DNA of 34,978 nucleotides, from positions 1 through 34,978 of IMG/VR virus record IMGVR_UViG_3300025124_000022; one strand, 5' to 3'. Made by a program: the position numbers and the translations under genes. This DNA comes from a virus (Duplodnaviria; Caudoviricetes). Below, piece after piece: positions 26,244 through 34,737 of this stretch. How positions within the stretch are numbered: the first letter of the stretch is position 1; each line of letters starts with the position of its first letter. The notes under the pieces are model-generated. The model saw only the letters and a program-made list of their open reading frames with translations. It was not told where the DNA came from and did not search any database.

Positions 26244-26711
26244 ATGAATGAGGCTGCAATGAAACATCCGGATGAAAATCAGAAAGACTCCGCGACGGGG
26301 GGGAGTAACAAACCCGTATGGATTGCTCGCGGCGAATACGATGAGGTGCTCAGGCGGATTAACGATGCCATCGCCGAGCGCGGCCTGTCTTTTCGCGAGT
26401 TCGCGGAACAATCCAAACGGCTGTCTCCACCCGAGAGGTTTCACCACACTACTTTCTCGAAGTTGGAGCCACGGGGCTCCGATGAAAAGGCTCAGCACTT
26501 GAGCCTCCAACGGATGCTGGCAATCGCAAAGCTTCTGGGGAAACACCCGTCGGAGTTTTTTTCTGACAACCCGATCTTGACCGCTCTGGAGTTGCTGAAG
26601 CCGGATGACCGTAAAGTCGTTTTAGGAATGCTAGTCGCGATGTTGCGGAGCTATGAGCGGGGGGATGTGCTGTTGGCGAAAATTCGAAAGGCATATCCAC
26701 GCCTGCTGTAA
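26244..26711 (+). CDS. XRE-family HTH repressor (cI-like, no peptidase domain)
   Basis: ERGLSFREFAEQ...TTFSKLE...LSLQRMLAIAKLLG.HPSEFF. Confidence 0.8.
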   Translation: MNEAAMKHPDENQKDSATGGSNKPVWIARGEYDEVLRRINDAIAERGLSFREFAEQSKRLSPPERFHHTTFSKLEPRGSDEKAQHLSLQRMLAIAKLLGKHPSEFFSDNPILTALELLKPDDRKVVLGMLVAMLRSYERGDVLLAKIRKAYPRLL

Positions 26712-26889
26712 TGAGGCGTAGGCACAGAGTCGATATGACCTCTTCGGCCCGTATTATCGCCTGAAGGGCTGCGCCAATGGCGGCGATGTCGCCCAGGATT
26801 TCCTCGCTGTACATGGAGGACCCCTCCTCGCTGGTGTGAGTCTCAACATCCGATATTCCACTGCCTACGCTTTTACAGGTTCTGTCCAT
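26449..26889 (-). CDS. Possible small gene convergent with and overlapping the repressor
   Basis: Strong SD GGAGGAG before ATG 26889, next to an operator; the 3' part overlaps cI antisense. Confidence 0.35.
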   Translation of the reverse strand: MDRTCKSVGSGISDVETHTSEEGSSMYSEEILGDIAAIGAALQAIIRAEEVISTLCLRLITAGVDMPFEFSPTAHPPAHSSATSRLAFLKRLYGHPASATPERSRSGCQKKTPTGVSPEALRLPASVGGSSAEPFHRSPVAPTSRK

Positions 26890-26922
26890 TAACTCCTCCG
26901 TGTGGGTTTGTGTTGCGTTTGA

Positions 26923-26941
26923 TGGTACCAATCTAGTACCA
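26923..26941. promoter_or_regulatory. Operator TGGTACCAATCTAGTACCA
   Basis: Exact 19-bp inverted copy of 26140-26158. Confidence 0.75.
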
Positions 26942-27014
26942 TAAAACGCAACAACATCGGGACCGGTTTAGATCCGCTCCGCTCCCGTCCACCTCCAACC
27001 CCATCGGGGGAACC

Positions 27015-28205
27015 ATGGACGCCCAGCCATTCAGAGCCTCTGCAATGTCCCAGGATCACGCCGCAGGCTCGTCGGGAATCTACCGAATCCCAGTCATTGG
27101 GAAGATCCGATCCGGGACTAAACGCCTGGCCCAAAAGGCGGCATCAAACCAGCAGTTATCCGAGATTTGGAATCGGCGGTCTCACGAGGGGATGGCCCCC
27201 CGAGAAATCGAAGAAGAGATCCGCACAAAGACCGGTGCTGACGGTTTCTCCGTACCTACCAACACCCAGCACTTCAACTGTTACGCGGCCGATTTTGTCG
27301 GGGGGAAACAAACCACCGACCTGCTAATGCGGCTCTTCGGTGAGGATCGCGGCGAAGGGATCAAGCTCTACCAGTTCCCGGCAATCATTCCGGTCGATTC
27401 GTTTTCGCTCGCCCTCCCCCACAACCTCAGGTGCTGGGGCTCTACCGGCCTCAAGTTCTGGTCAGAGACCGACGAGTCCGGGGACCGGTTTTGCATGGCC
27501 CGCCAAAACCCAACCGTCGATCCGAAATCCCGACGTGCCCGTCGCCAATTCGGTCCCCGGCAAATCGTCTCACGAGGGCTGTGCTCCCCGGAGGATTGCG
27601 AGGAATACCAAGCCAAAGCCTGCAACCTCCAAGGTTCGCTGGTCGTGCAAATCCCTGGGCTTCCTGGGAGCGGCTTCGTCGAGATTCCCACCTCGTCGAT
27701 CTACACCATCAAGGGGTGGAGGGAAGCGCTCTGGGCGGCAAAGCAAGCCTGCGGGACATTCGAGGGCAGGGGCCCGACCGGAGCCCCCATTTTCTGGCTC
27801 ACCAAACAGCGCAAGGAATTAAGCCGACTCGATGATTCCGGCCGCCAGAAGAAGACCAAGCACTGGATCCCCGTTCTTGAGATGCGGGCACCGCTCGCCA
27901 TGCTCGAACCACATCCAGCCACCACCCCATCCCCTGCCGGGCACGTGGTCTCTCTCGATCGGTATTTCCCGATCCCGAGCACCCCAGAGGAAATGCTCGC
28001 GTCGATTCGAAAAATCATCGCCGCGGTTGGTGTTTCCAGGGACGAATGGATCGCTATCGCAACCAGAAAATGGGGGGCCCAGTGGAACCACAACAAAGAC
28101 CACCTGTGGGAGCAGATCAACGTGTTGAAGGGCATTGCAGCGGACGGAATCAAGGGGGTGGAAGCAGTCGAGGATCAGGTCTCACGACGCCTTTTACCAT
28201 TCTGA
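27015..28205 (+). CDS. Gp3-like / recombination-directionality-factor-like protein
   Basis: IPVIGKIRSG, HF, LRCWG, C.PEDC....KACNL.G.L and EIPTSS.Y. Confidence 0.7.
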   Translation: MDAQPFRASAMSQDHAAGSSGIYRIPVIGKIRSGTKRLAQKAASNQQLSEIWNRRSHEGMAPREIEEEIRTKTGADGFSVPTNTQHFNCYAADFVGGKQTTDLLMRLFGEDRGEGIKLYQFPAIIPVDSFSLALPHNLRCWGSTGLKFWSETDESGDRFCMARQNPTVDPKSRRARRQFGPRQIVSRGLCSPEDCEEYQAKACNLQGSLVVQIPGLPGSGFVEIPTSSIYTIKGWREALWAAKQACGTFEGRGPTGAPIFWLTKQRKELSRLDDSGRQKKTKHWIPVLEMRAPLAMLEPHPATTPSPAGHVVSLDRYFPIPSTPEEMLASIRKIIAAVGVSRDEWIAIATRKWGAQWNHNKDHLWEQINVLKGIAADGIKGVEAVEDQVSRRLLPF

Positions 28206-28296
28206 GGTCATGGCTTTTGGCCAGTCGTGCTCTGTATAGGCGCATCGCAATTTGCGGATCAATTCGAACAGCCGAAAACCTTTGGAGGAACCCCCG

Positions 28297-29520
28297 ATGA
28301 AAATCATCCACACCGGCGATATCCACGAATGCCCAACCAATCAAGACGAGGTGGATGTCGTCATGGCGGCACTGCTATTAGAAGCCGAACGGGATCGCCC
28401 AGATGCGTTCGTATTTGCGGGAGACTTGTTCGAATCTGGGGTGTTGCTCCACTCCACGACGACGGATAAGGCGGTCAAACACATTACCGCGTTCGCTTCG
28501 ATTGCTCCCGTTCTGCTCCTGCAAGGAACGTTCTCACACGATGCTCCTGGATCGTTGAACGTCTTCAAGTCCCTCCATACCACTCACCCGATTTTCGTTG
28601 CCGACCGCATTTGCCAAGTCGCCATCATTCTCGGCGGGAACTGGGTGCAATCGGCAGGGGCTCAGTTCCATGCGATCCCCCCAGGGGCAGATGCCGTTTT
28701 CTCCTGTTTGCCAACCGTGAACAAAGCCTATATAGCGGCGATGTTCGGGGTGAAAGGGGTTGGCGCTGCTGCGACGTCCTACGTTACCGACATCCTCCAA
28801 GGCTTTAGACATCTCAACCGACAATGCCGTGCTGCCGAAATCCCGGCCATCTTTGTTGCCCACGGCACCCTCAACGGGGCTATTACGGAGCATGGTGTCC
28901 CGATGGTTGGCTTCGACCATGAATTTTCCCAGCGGTCGATCGCCGATGCCGATTTCACTGCTGGAATGCTGGCCCACATCCATAAGCCGCAGCGGTGGGA
29001 CATGGATGACGATCTGATCATCTCCTATTGTGGTTCCCCGGGGCGCTACCACTACGGCGAGGAGGGGGACAAGGTCTTCAACCGTTGGACGTTCGCCGGC
29101 GCGCGCCCTTCTCTGGAGACCGTCACACTTCCGGCTCGGCGCCTGATCCATATCAGTTTCGATGGCCCCCCCTGCTTCGACCGACTTCACGCAGAATCAG
29201 CCGATTGTTCTGGGGCGCATGTGCGTGTTCGGTACTCGATCGATGAGGAGCACCGCCATTCAGTGGACAACGATGCTATCCGCGCCATCTTCATTGACTG
29301 CGGCGCTGCCGACGTAAAGATCGAGCCACGCACCAATCCTGTGCAGCGGCAGCGCGCTGCCGGAATCTCCGAAGCCCCTACACTCGCCGATAAGGTTAAA
29401 CGCTGGTGCGAGATCACCGATTCGGATCCCACGCCGCTCCTGCCTCGGCTCGGAATGCTTGAACACTCAGAGCAGCCACAAGATATTGCTGCGAGGATCA
29501 TGAATCAGACTGAGGCCTGA
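28297..29520 (+). CDS. SbcD/Mre11-like metallophosphoesterase (nuclease)
   Basis: HTGDIH, AGDLFE, GTFSHD, VAHG, LAHIHKPQ and YCGS motifs. Confidence 0.88.
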   Translation: MKIIHTGDIHECPTNQDEVDVVMAALLLEAERDRPDAFVFAGDLFESGVLLHSTTTDKAVKHITAFASIAPVLLLQGTFSHDAPGSLNVFKSLHTTHPIFVADRICQVAIILGGNWVQSAGAQFHAIPPGADAVFSCLPTVNKAYIAAMFGVKGVGAAATSYVTDILQGFRHLNRQCRAAEIPAIFVAHGTLNGAITEHGVPMVGFDHEFSQRSIADADFTAGMLAHIHKPQRWDMDDDLIISYCGSPGRYHYGEEGDKVFNRWTFAGARPSLETVTLPARRLIHISFDGPPCFDRLHAESADCSGAHVRVRYSIDEEHRHSVDNDAIRAIFIDCGAADVKIEPRTNPVQRQRAAGISEAPTLADKVKRWCEITDSDPTPLLPRLGMLEHSEQPQDIAARIMNQTEA

Positions 29521-29536
29521 TTTTTTTGCCAGTAGT

Positions 29537-29553
29537 GTTACCAATTTGGTACC
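29537..29553. promoter_or_regulatory. Putative operator GTTACCAATTTGGTACC
   Basis: Motif copy just upstream of the SD of the 29567 gene. Confidence 0.65.
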
Positions 29554-29566
29554 AGTGGAGACCTAA

Positions 29567-30115
29567 ATGATTCTGAAACCGATCTTTCTCATCGAATCAG
29601 GCCCAGTGCTCGAAACCATCCAGAAATGCATTGAGCGCCGCGATAAAGCGATGTCGGCGGTGGCCGAATTCATTGCCCGCTTTGGGGCAGAGGATTGCGC
29701 TGCTGTTAGTCACAAAAACGACGCCAACTCTCTTGTGGTGACTGGTTTGATATTTCCACAAGGGTTAGAAAATAAACCAGGATGGGTTAGGTCAGCAGTT
29801 GATCCATCTGTTTGGATTCCCGATAAAATAAGCATCGGCGGTAGAGGCATTGATGCTGAGATGCGGTCCTTGGCGATACCTGGATTTTCTGCGGCCATCA
29901 AGGCAGCTGGGGCCAAAGAACTACTGGTGTCAAACGGCATCGCCACTGCACCGGCGGTTATCCCGGTCGAGAGTGGCGAGTCGATTATCTGGTTCATGAC
30001 AATCCCGGTAGATTCAGGGGGAAAATTCCCTGTAGTACCTAAAGGAATGAGGGAAATACCGGTCGCAGAATTTCTTGCATTGTCTGCTGCAACCGACAGC
30101 GAATCGGTCGGATGA
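29567..30115 (+). CDS. Hypothetical phage early protein
   Basis: 182 aa, SD GGAG, coupled to the next gene. Confidence 0.75.
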   Translation: MILKPIFLIESGPVLETIQKCIERRDKAMSAVAEFIARFGAEDCAAVSHKNDANSLVVTGLIFPQGLENKPGWVRSAVDPSVWIPDKISIGGRGIDAEMRSLAIPGFSAAIKAAGAKELLVSNGIATAPAVIPVESGESIIWFMTIPVDSGGKFPVVPKGMREIPVAEFLALSAATDSESVG

Positions 30116-30339
30116 TGAGCAACAACGCCCAACTGCTCCTCGAAATCCTTTCGACTGGGCCAATGCCAACGCCAGCATTCATTCAAAAAACAGGCGTGCA
30201 CTACTCGCCATCCTTCCGTGAAGAACTTGAGAGAGACGGTCACAGAATCATCACTCGGATTTCAACCTTCGACCCACACGACGGAACCTCCCCCATGCGA
30301 TGCGCCTGCTTACACCTTGAGGGTATCTGCCATGGATGA
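30112..30339 (+). CDS. Small winged-helix protein
   Basis: LLEILSTGP...ELERDGHRIIT. Confidence 0.6.
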   Translation: MMSNNAQLLLEILSTGPMPTPAFIQKTGVHYSPSFREELERDGHRIITRISTFDPHDGTSPMRCACLHLEGICHG

Positions 30340-30703
30340 TCCCTGTTTCAAGTGCCAAATCCCTGCCGAAATCTGCGGCACCGACCCCATCGGCTGTCAT
30401 CACGCAGACACACAACGCGCAAAAAACTCGGCTCGCTGCAAGATCAACTACACCCGAAACAAAGAACGTTACATCGCCCGGGCGATGCAGTGGGCGGATA
30501 ACAATCCAGAAAAGAGGCGGGCGATCTCGAAAAACAGGTATTGGAAAAATCCGGAGGCGCACCGCATGGCCAAGTTAAATAGATACCGCCGGACAGCGGC
30601 AATAAATAGGCAATGGGCCGCAATCATCGGCATGGACTCAATTAGAGCCCCTGGATCTTCTGGGAAAATCCTATTGGTCGGTAGGAGGAGGAATCGTTGC
30701 TAA
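30332..30703 (+). CDS. Hypothetical basic protein with N-terminal Cys cluster
   Basis: Start MDDPCFKC; W..NNPEK and Y.KNPE repeats of the kind found in phage HNH-associated regions. Confidence 0.6.
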   Translation: MDDPCFKCQIPAEICGTDPIGCHHADTQRAKNSARCKINYTRNKERYIARAMQWADNNPEKRRAISKNRYWKNPEAHRMAKLNRYRRTAAINRQWAAIIGMDSIRAPGSSGKILLVGRRRNRC

Positions 30704-30727
30704 AAAGCAGTGGAAAGGGGGGGAAAA

Positions 30728-30886
30728 GTGAGCGACAAAACCAGACGCCAAGAGTGGATTGATTCCTACCGGAAAGACTGGATGACGGACGACCAGTGGG
30801 AGTGCTATCAGTTCTTGGCGGACCTATTTTTTGGCTTCAACCATTTGTTCGGGAAGGTTCACAACAACAGAGAGACCCACCCATGA
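30728..30886 (+). CDS. 52-aa hypothetical protein (not in the ORF track)
   Basis: GTG start after a G-rich SD: MSDKTRRQEWIDSYRKDWMTDDQWECYQFLADLFFGFNHLFGKVHNNRETHP; ATGA overlap with the MTase. Confidence 0.6.
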   Translation: MSDKTRRQEWIDSYRKDWMTDDQWECYQFLADLFFGFNHLFGKVHNNRETHP

Positions 30887-32049
30887 TTCCCGGCGTCGAC
30901 CTCCTCATTGGCGATTGCCGGGAACGCTTGCGCGACCTCCCAGATGAGTCGATCCATTGCGTGGTGACCTCGCCTCCCTATTACGGCCTGCGCGACTATG
31001 GGACGGCCTCCTGGGAGGGGGGAGCAGCCGACTGCGACCACGGCGTTTCCCGCTGGGAGGGCGAAAAGCAAACCCAGGGGGCACAACAGTCGGGCCATGC
31101 CGCCAAGGCCGACAGGCTCGACAGGCTCGACAGGCTCGACAGGAAGACCTGCGCCCACTGCGGAGCAATCCGCATCGACCGGCAGATCGGCCTGGAAGAG
31201 GACATCACGTCGTTCATCCAGGCGTTGGTCGAGGTGTTCCGCGAGGTGCGCCGTGTCCTGCGTCGTGATGGAACCCTTTGGGTCAACATCGGAGATTCCT
31301 ACCTGAACCAACGCGGCAATGGATTCAACGGCAATTCCCGCCTGCCCGACCGGGACAAGGACGTAGCCCGGCGGGGGGCGCCTGAGATCAAGCCGAAGAA
31401 TATCGCAGGCATCCCCTGGCGCCTTGCCTTCGCCCTCCAAGAGGACGGTTGGTACCTACGCCAGGACATCATCTGGGCCAAACCCAACCCCATGCCGGAA
31501 TCGGTCAAAGACCGCTGCACAAAGGCCCACGAGTACGTGTTCCTGCTGTCCAGATCGGAACGGTATTTCTACAACCACAAAGCGGTGATGGAGGATGCGG
31601 TCGGGGGGGCACGGCGAGGCAACGCAAACAGTTTCCGCCGTGAGGGGAGCAAACGTGGCCAAGTGATCCCGTCGGCGAGGTCGGCAACCCACAGGCCGGA
31701 TAGGCCGGACATCAACTACGACGGCCCAAAGCGGGGGCGCCGATCCGTCTGGAGCATTCCAACCAAGCCCTATTCCGGGGCCCACTTTGCGACGTTCCCC
31801 CCTGAGTTGATCGAGCCCTGCATCCTGGCGGGGTGCCCCGAGGGTGGGGTGGTACTCGACCCGTTCGGGGGCAGCGGAACGACAGCCGGCGTCGCGCTAC
31901 GACACGGACGCAGGGCCATTCTAATCGAGCTCAACCCCTCCTCTGTCGACGAGCGGCGGATCCTGGAGATCGCCAACTCCACCCCCCCGGATGCAGGGCT
32001 CGATCAGCTCAGAAAACACCCTTCGCTTTTTGGTGAGATAGCCCCATGA
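30883..32049 (+). CDS. N4-C/N6-A DNA methyltransferase, beta class
   Basis: VTSPPY precedes DPFGGSGTT; IIW.KPNPMPES.KDR and HFATFP. Confidence 0.93.
   Translation: MIPGVDLLIGDCRERLRDLPDESIHCVVTSPPYYGLRDYGTASWEGGAADCDHGVSRWEGEKQTQGAQQSGHAAKADRLDRLDRLDRKTCAHCGAIRIDRQIGLEEDITSFIQALVEVFREVRRVLRRDGTLWVNIGDSYLNQRGNGFNGNSRLPDRDKDVARRGAPEIKPKNIAGIPWRLAFALQEDGWYLRQDIIWAKPNPMPESVKDRCTKAHEYVFLLSRSERYFYNHKAVMEDAVGGARRGNANSFRREGSKRGQVIPSARSATHRPDRPDINYDGPKRGRRSVWSIPTKPYSGAHFATFPPELIEPCILAGCPEGGVVLDPFGGSGTTAGVALRHGRRAILIELNPSSVDERRILEIANSTPPDAGLDQLRKHPSLFGEIAP
31110..31143 (+). repeat. 9-bp tandem repeat (CGACAGGCT) x3.8
   Basis: Encodes DRLDRLDRLDR in frame. Confidence 0.9.
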
Positions 32050-33455
32050 CCGATTCCGTTACAGCTGGGGGTGGCAACGTGTTCCGCTACCTCTCCCTAT
32101 TCTCCGGCATCGAGGCGGCCACACAGGCATGGATGCCGCTCGGTTGGGAATGCGTAGCGGTGGCGGAAATGGAGAAGTTCCCTTGTGGCGTGCTGGACCA
32201 CTACTACCCGGATACCCCCAATCTCGGAGACGTCACTAGAATCACCGCGGAGGTCATCGCCGACCTCGGACCCATCGATCTAGTGGTGTTCGGCAGCCCG
32301 TGCCAAGACTTGAGCGTGGCCGGAAAAAGGGCCGGTTTATCCGGCGAGAGGAGCGGACTGTTTCATGTGGCAATCGACATTGTGGGGTGGTCCCGGCACC
32401 ACTGCGGCACCAGATTCGCCCTCTGGGAAAACGTCCCAGGCGCTTTCAGCAGTAATGCAGGAAGAGACTTTGCGGAAGTGGTTAAGGCGCTGGCAGGGAT
32501 CAGTGACTGTCCGGTCCCAATCGCAGGATGGGGGACGGAAGGTGCAGCGCTCGGCGAGTTGGGGCTCGTCGAGTGGAGCGTACTGGACGCGCAATGGTTC
32601 GGAGTGGCGCAGCGGCGCCGTCGCGTGTTCGCTCTCGCAGATTTTGGAGACTGGTCCAGTAGACCGCCGGTACTACTTGAGCCCGAAAGCTTGCGCGGGG
32701 ATTCTCCGCCGAGCCGAGCAGCGGGGTCGGCAGTTGCGGCCATTACTGCAAATGGCGTTGGAACGTGCGGCGCAGACGGATACCAAGGACAAGCTGGACA
32801 CTTAATTCCAGTCACCCAATACGGTGACATCGCGGGCACACTCACCTGCCGTCACGACTCTTCTCCTTGCTCCGACCGCGGGACAAACGTAGTCGCCTTC
32901 GGCGGTAACAACACCAGCGGTCCCATCGATGTCTCCCCTGCCCTAACCGCCCACGGTTCATCATCAGGTCGCCTCGACTTCGAATCCGAGACGTTTCTTG
33001 CCTTCGATTGCAAGGCCTCCGGGCGTAATGGGTTCGGTGAAGGCCAGGTTGCGCCAACTATGCGCGCCATGGGCCACAAGGACAGCCACCAAAATGGGGG
33101 GGGGCATGTTGCCGTCGCCTTTGCTATCCAGGGTGCAGCAACACGCGAAAACCCATCATGCGGACCTGATGGGATTGGGGTGAAATGCGACGGAACCGCC
33201 TATACGTTGGAGGCTAGATCAGAGGTGCAAGCGGTGGCATATGGCTTGACTGTGCGACGCTTGACCCCAACCGAATGCGAGCGCCTCCAGGGATTCCTCG
33301 ACGGTTACACCGACATTCCATGGCGAGGAAAACCCAACAGCCCAGACGGCAGCCGCTACAAGGCCCTGGGTAACTCAATGGCCGTCCCCGTCATGCACTG
33401 GATAGGGGAACGACTCCAGGCTGCCCTACGCCACAAAATCGAGGTCACGCCATGA
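32046..33455 (+). CDS. C5 DNA cytosine methyltransferase
   Basis: LFSGI, GSPCQ, ENVPG, QRRRRVF, RRLTPTECERLQGF and GNSMAVPV. Confidence 0.95.
   Translation: MTDSVTAGGGNVFRYLSLFSGIEAATQAWMPLGWECVAVAEMEKFPCGVLDHYYPDTPNLGDVTRITAEVIADLGPIDLVVFGSPCQDLSVAGKRAGLSGERSGLFHVAIDIVGWSRHHCGTRFALWENVPGAFSSNAGRDFAEVVKALAGISDCPVPIAGWGTEGAALGELGLVEWSVLDAQWFGVAQRRRRVFALADFGDWSSRPPVLLEPESLRGDSPPSRAAGSAVAAITANGVGTCGADGYQGQAGHLIPVTQYGDIAGTLTCRHDSSPCSDRGTNVVAFGGNNTSGPIDVSPALTAHGSSSGRLDFESETFLAFDCKASGRNGFGEGQVAPTMRAMGHKDSHQNGGGHVAVAFAIQGAATRENPSCGPDGIGVKCDGTAYTLEARSEVQAVAYGLTVRRLTPTECERLQGFLDGYTDIPWRGKPNSPDGSRYKALGNSMAVPVMHWIGERLQAALRHKIEVTP
32365..32805 (+). CDS. Overprinted +1-frame ORF resembling the M.EcoHK31I beta polypeptide
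   Basis: YWTRNGSEW..GAVACSLSQILET...YYLSPKACAGILRRAEQRG..L..LL..AL. Confidence 0.65.
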   Translation: MWQSTLWGGPGTTAAPDSPSGKTSQALSAVMQEETLRKWLRRWQGSVTVRSQSQDGGRKVQRSASWGSSSGAYWTRNGSEWRSGAVACSLSQILETGPVDRRYYLSPKACAGILRRAEQRGRQLRPLLQMALERAAQTDTKDKLDT

Positions 33456-33898
33456 ATTGGTTCATCCGCAGCATCCAACCCGGGAAAACACTCCCTCGAT
33501 TCTGGGGAGCGGCATGGAGCGACTATCAGTCGAATACTGTGGTGGCTATGCCGGTTCCGCTGAACCTTGTCTTCCCCCTGTTTCGAGCCCTCTGGATCTT
33601 TGCCCTTGCCGGGTGGAGAGGCATTCACTGCGACCCCAGGGATGCATTCCATCAAGGGATGAAGACTTATGTCGGGTCAATCCTGAAAAAGGCAGCACCG
33701 GGTGACATTGTCGTCCTGACCTTATCCGGTGGGGGGGTTAGCTCCCAACGCCTCGACAAAATTCGTTCGGTCATGGCTGAATCCCCCAGCGTATCCATCA
33801 TCGTTCTGGAAAGTGGGCAAAGCCTTATGTCCTTGCCCGAAGCCGCCATGGCCAAAGCTGGATGGGGCAGGAATCGCCGACTTTCCCCCAGCCCATAA
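33452..33898 (+). CDS. Hypothetical protein
   Basis: 148 aa, ATGA coupling to the C5 MTase. Confidence 0.65.
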   Translation: MNWFIRSIQPGKTLPRFWGAAWSDYQSNTVVAMPVPLNLVFPLFRALWIFALAGWRGIHCDPRDAFHQGMKTYVGSILKKAAPGDIVVLTLSGGGVSSQRLDKIRSVMAESPSVSIIVLESGQSLMSLPEAAMAKAGWGRNRRLSPSP

Positions 33899-33968
33899 TC
33901 GATCTATCAAATTCATCGTTTTTGATAGATCAACACCAGCATTTATCAATCTCCGATACGAGAAAAAC

Positions 33969-34439
33969 ATGATCAACAAGGTGATTTTGGTCGGCAATTT
34001 GGGCCGTGACCCAGAAGTCCGATACACCCCAGGGGGGGACCCAGTCGCCACGCTTAATGTGGCCACCACCGAACGTTGGCGCGACAAACAAAGCGGCGAA
34101 CAAAAAGAGGCCACCGAATGGCACCGGGTGGTGATTTGGGGCAAGCAGGCCGAAATCGCCAAGCAATACCTTGGCAAGGGGCGGCAGGTCTACGTCGAGG
34201 GACGGCTACAAACCCGTAAGTGGACCGACCAGAACGGGCAAGAGAAGTACACCACCGAGGTTCGCTGCGATACCTTCAAGATGCTGGGCGGTCGCGGCGG
34301 CGAAGGCGGTGGCGGATTCGACACCCCGCGCGGCGGTGGCGCCCCCAGTCATAACCAAGACCCCTTCGGGCCCCAGGGGGGCGGCGACAACGGCCCCGTA
34401 TTCGACGACGGCTTCGGCAACGACGACATCCCCTTCTGA
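33969..34439 (+). CDS. ssb: Single-stranded DNA-binding protein
   Basis: [21 protein letters not shown] and the C-terminal DDIPF tip. Confidence 0.97.
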   Translation: MINKVILVGNLGRDPEVRYTPGGDPVATLNVATTERWRDKQSGEQKEATEWHRVVIWGKQAEIAKQYLGKGRQVYVEGRLQTRKWTDQNGQEKYTTEVRCDTFKMLGGRGGEGGGGFDTPRGGGAPSHNQDPFGPQGGGDNGPVFDDGFGNDDIPF

Positions 34440-34737
34440 TGACGACCCAGGACCTTTTCGGAGGCAGCCGAGGGGCCGAGTTCAGCCCCTGCGGCTTATT
34501 CCGCTTCAATCTGGGACCCATCCCTCCCCTACTGCAACTTCGTCATGCTCAATCCGAGCACTGCCGACGTAATGACCAATGACAACACCGTCGAGAGATG
34601 CGAGCGGTATGCAAGAGGGTGGGGATGGGGGGGGCTCCATGCGACCAACATTTTCGCGCTACGTTCTACAAATCCGAAGGGTCTCTACTCGTTTCAAGGA
34701 GACCCAACCGGAGAAGGCAATGATGCCGCCATCCTAG
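34439..34737 (+). pseudogene. DUF1643-family gene, frameshifted and IS-truncated
   Basis: AEFSPCG.FRF.L lies in one frame and WDP...FVMLNPSTAD...NIFALRSTNP in another; the frame then runs into the IS end. Confidence 0.8.

Larger units (their letters stand above)
1..34737. mobile_element. Temperate (pro)phage segment: head/packaging, replication, immunity and early modules
   Basis: Continuous phage gene order terS-terL-portal-MuF-protease-scaffold-capsid, O/P replication genes, divergent cro/cI pair, MTases and ssb. Element ends are not in the window. Confidence 0.95.

Noticed and set aside
33922-33933. TTGAT..ATCAA as an FNR box
   Set aside because: The spacer is 2 nt rather than 4.
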